Source: a virus (taxonomy: Duplodnaviria > Caudoviricetes). Taken from it: DNA of 64,000 nucleotides. Of this stretch, positions 27,603 through 36,323 are shown one piece after another; position 1 is the first letter of the stretch; each line of letters opens with the position of its first letter. A program made the translations under genes and the position numbers. The notes below the pieces were generated by a model that was not told the DNA's origin, did no database searches, and saw only the letters and a list, made by a program, of their open reading frames with translations. The DNA lies in the IMG/VR virus record IMGVR_UViG_3300017716_001756, positions 15,047 to 79,046 of that record. One strand, written 5' to 3'.

Positions 27603-28115
27603 GTGAGGAAATCGACGCCTGTACTCGAAAGAATCCAGAATCACCTTCTTGTCACCATCATCGGAGACTTGTCTAACGACGTGAGGGACGACCACTGGAC
27701 TTGGCACGGTAAACTGTCGCCACTAGCAAGGCGGAAAGTATTGATGGGTCTTAAACAGCCAATCTTTCGAGACAGGATACAGGTTCCGCCGAGAATTCGT
27801 GACGAAGACGGGAAAATCAAATCCGTTTCTCGCATTCTCTTCAGAATCTTCAGGGGTATTGACTACGGCCATTCCCCTAGCCGAATTGAAGGCTGTGACT
27901 ACACTTGCGTAAACCCTTTCCACATGAAACCCTCCAACAGCATCATTCCCGATGCAGAAGTAGCTGAACCCGATGAAGATGCCGACATTGAAGGACTTAC
28001 TGATGAAATCCGTGACTTCATCGCCTCTCATGGTCGCAGCGAACAAGCCATTCGTGATCGTTTTGGCCTCGACTACACCGACACCGAAATAAATTTAGCT
28101 CTCAGAAAGATATGA
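27603..28115 (+). CDS. Degenerate HNH-fold protein
   Basis: HWTWHG...GCDYTCVNPFHM resembles the HNH_3 CWxWxG...CVNPxHL pattern but lacks some ligands. Confidence 0.5.
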   Translation: MRKSTPVLERIQNHLLVTIIGDLSNDVRDDHWTWHGKLSPLARRKVLMGLKQPIFRDRIQVPPRIRDEDGKIKSVSRILFRIFRGIDYGHSPSRIEGCDYTCVNPFHMKPSNSIIPDAEVAEPDEDADIEGLTDEIRDFIASHGRSEQAIRDRFGLDYTDTEINLALRKI

Positions 28116-28405
28116 AAATGAATTCGACTCAAATTCTCGACGCCACCCAACAAGGTCATCTTGCAGGAAAGGCTCTCTTCGCCGCCGAGGGCGGTGATAT
28201 CCATAAGATTTCCGGCGTTGTCGGTTTCCTGCTGGCTTCGCTCTACGACCGCTTCCTTGAAACCCAAGGTCAAGCCGCCGCTGATCACTTCATGGTCCAT
28301 GTTGACCAAGTAATTGACGTAATTGTACAGGATGACACCCAACTTGTGCCTTTTTACGGTCAACCTTTGGACCTGAATTTCAAAGTACAAGGTTCTCCGA
28401 CATAG
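28112..28405 (+). CDS. Hypothetical protein
   Basis: 97-aa ORF. Confidence 0.55.
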   Translation: MKMNSTQILDATQQGHLAGKALFAAEGGDIHKISGVVGFLLASLYDRFLETQGQAAADHFMVHVDQVIDVIVQDDTQLVPFYGQPLDLNFKVQGSPT

Positions 28406-28414
28406 GAGAACCAA

Positions 28415-28846
28415 ATGAGGAAAATCCTCTTAACACTGATCGCCGCTGTTGCCCTAGTCTCTTCGACTACGGGCTTCAGCGCAGATTCAGAGGTAAATTG
28501 TCTTGCCCAAAACATCTATCATGAGGCTCGTGGAGCATCAGCGTTGGATCAAAGAGCGGTTGGCCACGTTACACTCAACCGAAAAGAGTCGGGAAGATTC
28601 CCTAACACGATTTGTGCAGTCGTGCGCCAGCCGAGCCAATTCAGTTGGGTGCGCCGAAACCCCGGCATCACAGACACGATTTCCTACAATAGGTCTATAA
28701 GGACCGCAGAGGCGGTCCTGAGCGGCAACTCGTCTGATCCGACTCATGGTGCCACTTACTTCTGGAATCGCTCTGTGAACCCCCCGTGGAGCCACAGGAT
28801 GACCGTTACCCTCAGAACCCAAGGACATACCTATGCGAGACACTAA
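28415..28846 (+). CDS. SleB-like cell wall hydrolase (Hydrolase_2) with signal peptide
   Basis: CLAQNIYHEARG, VGHVTLNR, FPNTICAVVRQPSQFSW. Confidence 0.9.
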   Translation: MRKILLTLIAAVALVSSTTGFSADSEVNCLAQNIYHEARGASALDQRAVGHVTLNRKESGRFPNTICAVVRQPSQFSWVRRNPGITDTISYNRSIRTAEAVLSGNSSDPTHGATYFWNRSVNPPWSHRMTVTLRTQGHTYARH

Positions 28847-29069
28847 GGTCATCACCGCGATTTACGATGCATTGAACAAAGCGGCCCTTACTTACTCAGC
28901 AATGAGTTGGTCGGGCTTCAATCTTGTCGGAGACAAGAAGAGCATCGATAAGCTGACGAGTCTTGTCCACCACGAAAACTCCATCGAAACTTTCTGGCGT
29001 CCTGAAGTAATCAAACTTCGCGCCGAAATAGAGGCGCTGAAGAATGCAAATCGGGTCTTTGGTCCCTAA
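28833..29069 (+). CDS. Hypothetical protein
   Basis: 78-aa ORF. Confidence 0.5.
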   Translation: MRDTKVITAIYDALNKAALTYSAMSWSGFNLVGDKKSIDKLTSLVHHENSIETFWRPEVIKLRAEIEALKNANRVFGP

Positions 29070-29673
29070 CATAACTTGTTTCCAACGCGATGCACTCGCT
29101 ATCGCCGGGGCGATGCGTGAAGAGCCTGAAATTCTCCACCGAACTATTGTCATGGTTCTGCTATCGATTCGCCAACCTTGGTACAAGGTGCCGGAGCAAT
29201 TCGCAGACGTGATGAAGCGTGGGGCCGACTCCAAATACCTGTTTGGCTTCAAGCGCGACGGCTATGAGAAATCGCGTCAGTACGAAAAAATCATCCACAA
29301 AATGATTTTCGAGAATCCTGACGATCTTGACTTCGTAATCCTGACCTTGATGAAAATCCCCGGCCTTGGTCTTGCAAAAGCCTCCTTCGTTGCCCAAATG
29401 GCTGTAGGCGATGGGGCCTGTCTCGACAGTCACAACCTTCGCCGTATAGGATTAACTGCCGACTTCACGCGATTGAACAAGAACGCCAATGGGGCAATCA
29501 TCAAGAGCAAAATCGAGACCTACAATGAAGCATGGAAAACCTATGGAGACTCCGAATTTTGGTGGAATTCATGGTGTGAGGCCCTCGCCCAACGATCCCC
29601 GACGAAGTTTGAGTCGGCATCCGCAGTATCAACAATTCATCGTCTTCCCCTATATGATTGGTACGTTAAATGA
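29044..29673 (+). CDS. HhH-family DNA glycosylase/lyase (Ogg-like)
   Basis: HhH motif LMKIPGLGLAKASF with the catalytic-position Lys, followed by CLDSHNLRR. Confidence 0.6.
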   Translation: MQIGSLVPNITCFQRDALAIAGAMREEPEILHRTIVMVLLSIRQPWYKVPEQFADVMKRGADSKYLFGFKRDGYEKSRQYEKIIHKMIFENPDDLDFVILTLMKIPGLGLAKASFVAQMAVGDGACLDSHNLRRIGLTADFTRLNKNANGAIIKSKIETYNEAWKTYGDSEFWWNSWCEALAQRSPTKFESASAVSTIHRLPLYDWYVK

Positions 29674-29835
29674 CCGGGTTTGAAATTACTTTGGCTGTAA
29701 TGGCATACATCATCGTTGGGATGATTGTTGCCGAAACCGCCCGAGTCTGGGCGGGTATGTGGTGGTTGAGCGTTAGTTTCTCGACCATTCTTCTTTGGCC
29801 GCTAATCGCTATTTCTGCAATCTTTGGAAAGCACC

Positions 29836-30147
29836 ATGATTGAATTTCACGCTATGCACCCCCGCGCCGCCGATCTGGTTGGCTTTCTTCCCATGATGCT
29901 GGACGACAGCGACTCTCGCCTTGCCGCCGAACAATTCAACGAAAGCTACGCCCATGGTGGTGGATGGAACCCCTTCAAGGGATTCGTTTTCCGCCCTGAT
30001 GACCAGAGCATCAAGTACCCCGGAGACCCCGCATATAAGCCGGTGGCCATGGCGCTTCTGGGCGACGAAACGATCTACGTTTATGAACACGCTTGGGTCG
30101 CAATCGTGCAACCTGACGGTTCCTACGAAATTTCGAGGATGGATTAG
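29836..30147 (+). CDS. Hypothetical protein
   Basis: 103 aa, YPGDP motif. Confidence 0.6.
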   Translation: MIEFHAMHPRAADLVGFLPMMLDDSDSRLAAEQFNESYAHGGGWNPFKGFVFRPDDQSIKYPGDPAYKPVAMALLGDETIYVYEHAWVAIVQPDGSYEISRMD

Positions 30148-30498
30148 GTGAAAATCAATCCTAGACGTGTACACAATAATATCGATGGGTATCTTGAAAG
30201 TGATAATGATTACCTCGAAAATAATCTTGAAGCAGCCGTGAGGCTTCTGGATCAAGAGCTTGCGAGGCAGTCGGCCCGCCCACCAAAATCTGGTCCTTGG
30301 ATCGTTGTGGTGAGACGTAATCGTAGAACAAATTATGTGACTGCGGCATCTACCGATGTTAAAGGCAACATAATTGCTGAAAGCGTACAATTGGTGAATG
30401 TCCGTGGGGGTGCCCATGGTTTCAGTTTCAATATAGCCAGCCAGTTGGTGAATTACTTCGGTGGCGATATTGCTGAAGCGGAGAATATTGTAGGATGA
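30148..30498 (+). CDS. Hypothetical protein
   Basis: 116-aa ORF. Confidence 0.5.
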   Translation: MKINPRRVHNNIDGYLESDNDYLENNLEAAVRLLDQELARQSARPPKSGPWIVVVRRNRRTNYVTAASTDVKGNIIAESVQLVNVRGGAHGFSFNIASQLVNYFGGDIAEAENIVG

Positions 30499-30719
30499 AA
30501 CTCACAGACTTGAACGTGGCTATTCGAGACCTGAAGGGTAATCCTCAAATTACCCTTCGTCTCAGCCCCGACGACACTGTTGGACTTCCTCTGACAGTTG
30601 AGAAATCCAAACTACTGGCGGCGCTCAAGGAACGGTTCGTTGAGCGTAGTGCTGAAACCAACCTTCGTCTGCGCGACGATGGTTTTCTGAGTACGGAGAC
30701 GAATGATGGCGACCTCTAA
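30495..30719 (+). CDS. Hypothetical protein
   Basis: 74 aa, coupled. Confidence 0.55.
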   Translation: MKLTDLNVAIRDLKGNPQITLRLSPDDTVGLPLTVEKSKLLAALKERFVERSAETNLRLRDDGFLSTETNDGDL

Positions 30720-30851
30720 CTGCATGATTCTGCTGGCACGGCACGAAGAAGCTTCCAACGATTACATGAACGCAGTCACTGCTATGGATCGTCAGGATGC
30801 CCTTGAAGAACTGAATGATCTTGAAGACCAACTTTGGAAGGCTGGTTGTAG

Positions 30852-31172
30852 GTGAAAACCATAGTGACTGATCCGTTTCCCCTTTTAGAACGACAACGAG
30901 TAGAGCAAGTCGTAAAAAGTTTTTACGACTATAAAATGCCACTTTCGACTTTGATCGATAGTCTGACTGAAGCTAACACTAAAGCCACAACAGACGATGT
31001 TGTTGATCTTTATTATGAAATGGGTAGTCAAAGTAGCTTCCTCATTGGCAAGCGATGGGAAACTGACACCGAGCTTCGTGAACGGAGCCGACAAGATTAT
31101 CTAGCAAATCGAAGACAACGAGAAACTCGACGCGCCCAATATGAAGCACTGAAGAAGGAATTTGAAACATGA
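30852..31172 (+). CDS. Hypothetical protein
   Basis: 106 aa; C-terminus (RRAQYEALKKEFE) resembles that of 32670..32990. Confidence 0.55.
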   Translation: MKTIVTDPFPLLERQRVEQVVKSFYDYKMPLSTLIDSLTEANTKATTDDVVDLYYEMGSQSSFLIGKRWETDTELRERSRQDYLANRRQRETRRAQYEALKKEFET

Positions 31173-32233
31173 GTAAAGGCGCAGAAGTTTATGCCGTCGC
31201 TATTGAAGAGCATCCAAACGCAGACCGGCTTGAGCTTGCCATTATCGGAGGCTATCGCAGCCTCGTTAGCAAGGGCCAATTCCAGACAGGCGACTTGGTG
31301 GCCTATATCCCCACAGGGTATATTGTACCACAACCCCTCCTTGCCGAAATGGGACTCGAAGGGAAGCTTAACGGGTCGGCTCGTAACAGGGTCAAGGCTC
31401 AGAAATTCAGGGGAATTCTGAGCGAAGGTCTTTGCTATCCTGCACGTCCTGAATGGACTGAAGGCGAAGACGTAACCGAAGCCCTTGGGCTGGTTAAATT
31501 CCAAGCTCCGATTCCTCGCCAGCTTGAAGGCTTCATGTACCAACTTGAGGATCATGAACGTCTGGGCTTCGACATTGAGAACCTGAAGCGTGAACCCGAT
31601 CTTCTCCAACTCGGTGAGGAAGTCATCATCACCGAAAAAATCCACGGCACCTTCATGCTGGTCGTTGGTCTGCCTGAACGTCTGCGTCGTGACGACACCT
31701 TCCACTTTGAAGGCCGAGCGATTGTGACTTCCAAGGGTCTCGGCGGCAAGAGCATCGGTCTGAAACAGACCGAAGAGAACGACGGTAACCTCTACATTCG
31801 TGTCGCCAAACAATATGGTCTTCGTGAAATTGCTATGCAAATGGCTGATGCTTACGACCAGCCAGTCTATCTCCTTGGCGAAGTTTATGGACAAGGTGTC
31901 CAAGACCTTCATTACGGCGCAGAGCTTCCCAAGTACGCCAATTTCGATATTAAGATTGGCCAAGACTGGTTGCCCTCAATCGATTGGGGGATGAACGCTC
32001 AGACATTTCAATACCCTACGGTCCCTGTTCTTTACAAAGGCCCCTTTGATCCTGCAATTGTCGCTCAACTGACCGAAGGCATGACGACACTGGCCGATGT
32101 TCCACCCCATATCCGAGAGGGTGTGGTGGTGAAAGGTACTACTAACCGAGCCGACCGCCATGGTAGTCGGATCATTCTGAAATCAGTGAGTGAGGCATAC
32201 CTCACTCGTAAAGACGGAACGGAATTTAACTGA
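31169..32233 (+). CDS. RNA ligase (Rnl2/Rnl5, DRB0094-like) with N-terminal OB domain
   Basis: HPNADRLE N-terminus; motif I EKIHGT, GEVYG, FDI, motif IV REGVVVK, motif V ILKSVSEAYL. Confidence 0.9.
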   Translation: MSKGAEVYAVAIEEHPNADRLELAIIGGYRSLVSKGQFQTGDLVAYIPTGYIVPQPLLAEMGLEGKLNGSARNRVKAQKFRGILSEGLCYPARPEWTEGEDVTEALGLVKFQAPIPRQLEGFMYQLEDHERLGFDIENLKREPDLLQLGEEVIITEKIHGTFMLVVGLPERLRRDDTFHFEGRAIVTSKGLGGKSIGLKQTEENDGNLYIRVAKQYGLREIAMQMADAYDQPVYLLGEVYGQGVQDLHYGAELPKYANFDIKIGQDWLPSIDWGMNAQTFQYPTVPVLYKGPFDPAIVAQLTEGMTTLADVPPHIREGVVVKGTTNRADRHGSRIILKSVSEAYLTRKDGTEFN

Positions 32234-32403
32234 TGTTTACGAAGTATTATCTGGTCGCTGATGGTGGCGACGGCTCATCCAGTATTCAGTGGTTTGATGA
32301 GAAGCCTGATCTTGAGGCTCTTCAAGACGAAGACCCCGAGACCTATAATCAAAACGATTATGTAGGTGAAATTTCTTCAGCCTCTGAAATTAAGGTGCGT
32401 TAA

Positions 32404-32670
32404 ATGAGATACTCTCTCTCAAGAACCCGAGACGGTGCTGGTGATTCCGGCCCAATGTCTCTCGCCATTGATTATGTTGACGGCAAGTATGTGGAAGACG
32501 GCAATCGTCCCAAGATTGGCTACGCCATGAGGGTGGGTTCTTATCGCGCGGGTACCTACAGCACTCAAGATTACTGGACAACGACCCGAGTGACCGAGAT
32601 TCTGGAAGAGCGTGACGATTACGTTCGCTTCAAGACTGGTAACTCTGAGTACGAGTGGGGAACTTTTTAG
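32404..32670 (+). CDS. Hypothetical protein
   Basis: 88-aa ORF. Confidence 0.6.
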   Translation: MRYSLSRTRDGAGDSGPMSLAIDYVDGKYVEDGNRPKIGYAMRVGSYRAGTYSTQDYWTTTRVTEILEERDDYVRFKTGNSEYEWGTF

Positions 32671-32990
32671 TGGCCGAACTGAAGAAAATTAAGGTAAATC
32701 TTGACTCCCTCTATATGGATGGAACCAAGGTCGATGCCTTTATCTCTGAACTTCAAAAAGCCAAGACGAAGTACGCCAAGAAGGGTTACGCCGACTTTAC
32801 GCTCGAAAGAGAAGATGAGGGGTATGGCGAACCCTACCACGTCTGGTACCTTGCTGGTGAGCGGATCGAAACAGTTGCAGAAGCTACTGCTCGTGAAGCC
32901 AAGGAAAAAGAAGCTGCGGATAGGCAACTGTTTTACCAGCGTCAGCAATTCGAGGCATTGAAGAAGAAGTTTGGTAATGACCAAGATTGA
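32670..32990 (+). CDS. Hypothetical protein
   Basis: 106 aa, GTG start overlapping the upstream stop. Confidence 0.55.
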   Translation: MAELKKIKVNLDSLYMDGTKVDAFISELQKAKTKYAKKGYADFTLEREDEGYGEPYHVWYLAGERIETVAEATAREAKEKEAADRQLFYQRQQFEALKKKFGNDQD

Positions 32991-33183
32991 TCAACTCGTA
33001 GCAGACCTTCGCCATATAGGGGGGTGCCGCGATGGAAACTGTAAGGTTATCCGCCCTGTAGGAATGCACACGAACGGGGGTTGCAAATGCCTTCGGCATG
33101 ACCCAATTAAGGCTGAACGAGTCGTTGCCGCGTACCAGCGTTACGTCGGCTACGAAAAATTAGACGAAGCGAGGAAGAAATGA
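32977..33183 (+). CDS. Small Cys-rich protein
   Basis: GGCRDGNC...GMHTNGGCKC. Confidence 0.6.
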   Translation: MTKIDQLVADLRHIGGCRDGNCKVIRPVGMHTNGGCKCLRHDPIKAERVVAAYQRYVGYEKLDEARKK

Positions 33184-33361
33184 AACTCAAGAAAATCAAG
33201 AAGCGCCTTAGGGCGCTTGAAGAACACTCTCACGAGCCGCAAGAAATTGCCCCCCGCATTCATACAGAACTGGAACGGATGCGAATTCTTGCGGAACTTT
33301 TTCAAGACGTACCCACCGTCTATCTCAAAGAAGTTGCCTATAAAGGACTGGAAAATATCAA

Positions 33362-33688
33362 ATGAAACTCTATCAAATTCTCATCCCCAATCTCGACAAC
33401 AAGGGGCTGACGTTCCCTTCTGATATCCGACGCGACTTTCTTCTGAAGGTGAGCGGAATCGTTGGCGGTGCCACTATGTTGAACGCCACCCAACAGGTCT
33501 ATGGCGTTTGGCGGGGCCACGATGGTTCTCTGTTCACAGATTCCTCAGCACCGATGCTGGTCGCTGTTGAAACCAAACATCAACTGCAACAAATCATGAG
33601 TCTCGCACGAACCACGTTTGAGCAAGATTCGATCATGGCTTGGTTGGTGAGTGAGGAAGTCATCTTCAATGAAGACTCCGGTAACTGA
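33362..33688 (+). CDS. Putative SAM lyase / PII-like fold protein
   Basis: GGAT...YGVWRG...LARTTFEQDSIMAW resembles the T3 SAMase pattern (GCYRE...LACNEWEQDCVLV, recalled from memory). Confidence 0.5.
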   Translation: MKLYQILIPNLDNKGLTFPSDIRRDFLLKVSGIVGGATMLNATQQVYGVWRGHDGSLFTDSSAPMLVAVETKHQLQQIMSLARTTFEQDSIMAWLVSEEVIFNEDSGN

Positions 33689-34103
33689 CTTCTTTCGAAG
33701 TCTACTTTCAATTCCTCTGGCGCTTCTTGGGGGGATCGAACCGCGTTGCAAAAGCACAGGCAAATCCACGTTTATCGTGGGCTGCTCAATCCTGACGCCT
33801 ATGGGAAGCGGAGTGGTAACGTACTTCAGTAACCACTTCGTAACCATAAGCATTGAGGGCGTAAGATATACCTTGCATCCTGACTGCGTAACACTATATC
33901 TGGGGGGAGACGCAGGAGAATCCCCTCATGACAAATTTGTTTCGAATTGCATCCCAAGCTGCATCAGAACTTGAAAATACTATCCCCGATATGGTCGATG
34001 CTATCGAAACAGAAAAGGAGCGTAAACAAATACGAGCGATTCTAAATCGCCTAGCGGTTCTGGTGAATGAATCACGGAATCAAATGTAACTTTAAGGATT
34101 ACC

Positions 34104-34361
34104 ATGCGCTATCTCATCATCGACTCCGAAATCTATCCGCCGAACGCCGATGGAGTAGGAGACCGGTACCGTATCATCTACGATACTCAACGGGCTCACT
34201 TCCATACTGTTCAGAAACATACCCCCGACCCCCGGCCCAACGATGCAGATCGAAAGATTTGGAAGAACGCCCCTCTGGTGGCTGACGCCGAATTTTACGA
34301 TTACTACCCCGGTCACGCCAAGAATATTCGAGGCACAGACAAACTCCCCAACTGGAAATAA
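34104..34361 (+). CDS. Hypothetical protein
   Basis: 85 aa, AAGGA RBS. Confidence 0.55.
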   Translation: MRYLIIDSEIYPPNADGVGDRYRIIYDTQRAHFHTVQKHTPDPRPNDADRKIWKNAPLVADAEFYDYYPGHAKNIRGTDKLPNWK

Positions 34362-34364
34362 ACC

Positions 34365-34907
34365 ATGAACCGGCTACGTCCCCCTGAGGAAACTGACTCT
34401 CCTGCTAAGAAGATCATTTCCGAGCGGGACGAACAAATTGTGTCTGCTTATGATGCTCAAGGAAACTCGCCGGATATCCCGGCGCTTGCTTACCGATTCA
34501 AAATAAGTGCACAAACAATCAGGAACACTCTGGAAAGAAATGGTATCAAGCCCATTTCAAACAGTAAGCGGGGTCGTAAATCTATCTCAGGTATGCGGCC
34601 CAATACTCCTGTTCACGCACACATCGCACAGGTTCTTCGTAAAATTTACGCTGACTATGAACTCCAAACAGGCTATCCACCATCACACACGCTGGTAGCT
34701 GAAGAGATTGGTTTGAATAGAGCAGCGTTCCTTGAGCTTTCAGCCGGTCGTAGAGACGCCCGACTCAGTGAGTTGATTGTGATCGCAAAAGCTGCGAAGA
34801 TTTCTCTCGCAGAACTAGTAACCCCTAAATGGATAACAAAGAAAAATGCCACTGGAACAATCGATCACAAACTTCTGGATTCTAGCAAAGCACTGGCGTC
34901 GAACTAG
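34365..34907 (+). CDS. Transcriptional regulator with two HTH motifs (C-terminal XRE-like)
   Basis: IPALAYRFKISAQTIRNTL and HTLVAEEIGLNRAAFLELSAGRRDARLSELIVIAKAAKISLAEL. Confidence 0.75.
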   Translation: MNRLRPPEETDSPAKKIISERDEQIVSAYDAQGNSPDIPALAYRFKISAQTIRNTLERNGIKPISNSKRGRKSISGMRPNTPVHAHIAQVLRKIYADYELQTGYPPSHTLVAEEIGLNRAAFLELSAGRRDARLSELIVIAKAAKISLAELVTPKWITKKNATGTIDHKLLDSSKALASN

Positions 34908-34996
34908 AGACCCCCTGACCTATCAAACGCTCATGAGTTTGAAGCGTGAAGATATCCCACCTTCTATCATGAAAAGAATTGTAGAGATTGAGGCCA

Positions 34997-35698
34997 ATGA
35001 ACAAGCAACGAACGGATCACTACGGAGTGCATCTAGCCTCTAATGGCCTTTGGTTTCTTATCCAGAATGACGAGCAAAATGAACGTGGACTTCTCAATGT
35101 CAAAAGTAATATCGCAGTTAAAACACATCGTAACCGACCAGTCTCTCACTCAATCCGGTTGGGTTCTGGCGAACTCGGTGACGATCTTTCTGCTGCAACT
35201 CTCGAATGGCTTTCTAGGGACAAGCTAGGAAGCCTTCTGCTCCCTGATCCTCGGAACGCGGGTAGGGTGGTCTTCGTAGAAGAAGACCCTAAACTTCACA
35301 ATCAAATCTATCTTGTAGGCTCGCTGACTTCATCGATTCGTGCGCCAGTACGACTGGCGTGGACCGTGACCTTGGGGGAGGCCAAGGCAGAATTTCGGCT
35401 CACAAATGTTCAACCCTTCATCATCACCGGTGTCACTCCTAAATGGATGGCGCAACATGGTTCCGAAATCGCCGCCCTATTCAGGGCGGGTACTAGACCT
35501 CTTATCCTTGTTGGCTCTAGCGACGTTGTTATACCTCGCGAAGTCCAAGAAAGATTGAAGCCCGGTGCCTTCCGTCGCCTAGGAAAACACACCCCTCAAC
35601 AGCTTGAGCAAATGGGTTCAAGCTTTCTTCAGAAATGGTTTACCGATGCAAGAAAAAATAACGATCAGTGGCGAGCAGTATTCGTACCAAGAATTTGA
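34997..35698 (+). CDS. Hypothetical protein
   Basis: 233-aa ORF. Confidence 0.65.
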   Translation: MNKQRTDHYGVHLASNGLWFLIQNDEQNERGLLNVKSNIAVKTHRNRPVSHSIRLGSGELGDDLSAATLEWLSRDKLGSLLLPDPRNAGRVVFVEEDPKLHNQIYLVGSLTSSIRAPVRLAWTVTLGEAKAEFRLTNVQPFIITGVTPKWMAQHGSEIAALFRAGTRPLILVGSSDVVIPREVQERLKPGAFRRLGKHTPQQLEQMGSSFLQKWFTDARKNNDQWRAVFVPRI

Positions 35699-36098
35699 TT
35701 ACATTCAGGAAGATACCACGGTATTGGCTCAGATTCTGAGAACACAAGCCAATCTCCTTGATAGAGGGGTCTCTGATGGACTCACCTTCAGCGCCGATGC
35801 CCCGGTTAACGTTCTCTATCATAAAGACCTAGTTGTAGGTTTCATGATTTATGAAGACACTGGCTCCATCGAACGCACGATCACTCTTGCGTGGGTCCAT
35901 CCCGCACATCGACAGAAGGGTCTCCATAGTTTTCTGTTTAGGAAACTGAAGGATCAGGCAACCGAACACGGATTCTTCCGAATCCTCCGAGGGCATCATA
36001 AGGAAAATTATGCGTCTGCTCTTGCACAAATGAGTCAGGGTTCCCAGATTTACGCCACGAACGGTGATTACGTTTACACGAGGAACGATCTGCGATGA
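35646..36098 (+). CDS. GNAT-family acetyltransferase
   Basis: VVGFMIY...LAWVHPAHRQKGLHSFL...N.AS. Confidence 0.8.
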   Translation: MQEKITISGEQYSYQEFDYIQEDTTVLAQILRTQANLLDRGVSDGLTFSADAPVNVLYHKDLVVGFMIYEDTGSIERTITLAWVHPAHRQKGLHSFLFRKLKDQATEHGFFRILRGHHKENYASALAQMSQGSQIYATNGDYVYTRNDLR

Positions 36099-36107
36099 CC
36101 CCGATTT

Positions 36108-36323
36108 TTGTATTCAGCTCAAATCTCTCTGGTAACTTCTATCTATGTGCATAGACCCGAGGGACATGAGGTAGATCATGAGATACCATTAAATCATCCT
36201 TTAGTATGTGGGCTACATTGTGTAGCCAATCTTCAGTATCTTATTGCTGAAGTTAACAGAGAAAAATCAAATAGGTTTAACCCCAATGACTTCAGTTACC
36301 CTTCGCGACTATCAACAGCTTGA
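36108..36323 (+). pseudogene. N-terminally truncated HNH endonuclease overlapping the helicase start
   Basis: [25 protein letters not shown]...NREKSNRF, a paralogue of the two full HNH genes; only a TTG start, no clear RBS. Confidence 0.65.

Noticed and set aside
36096-36110. TGA read-through fusing the GNAT to the HNH remnant
   Set aside because: The frames coincide, but there is no recognisable read-through context and the fusion makes no obvious functional sense; a one-in-three coincidence.
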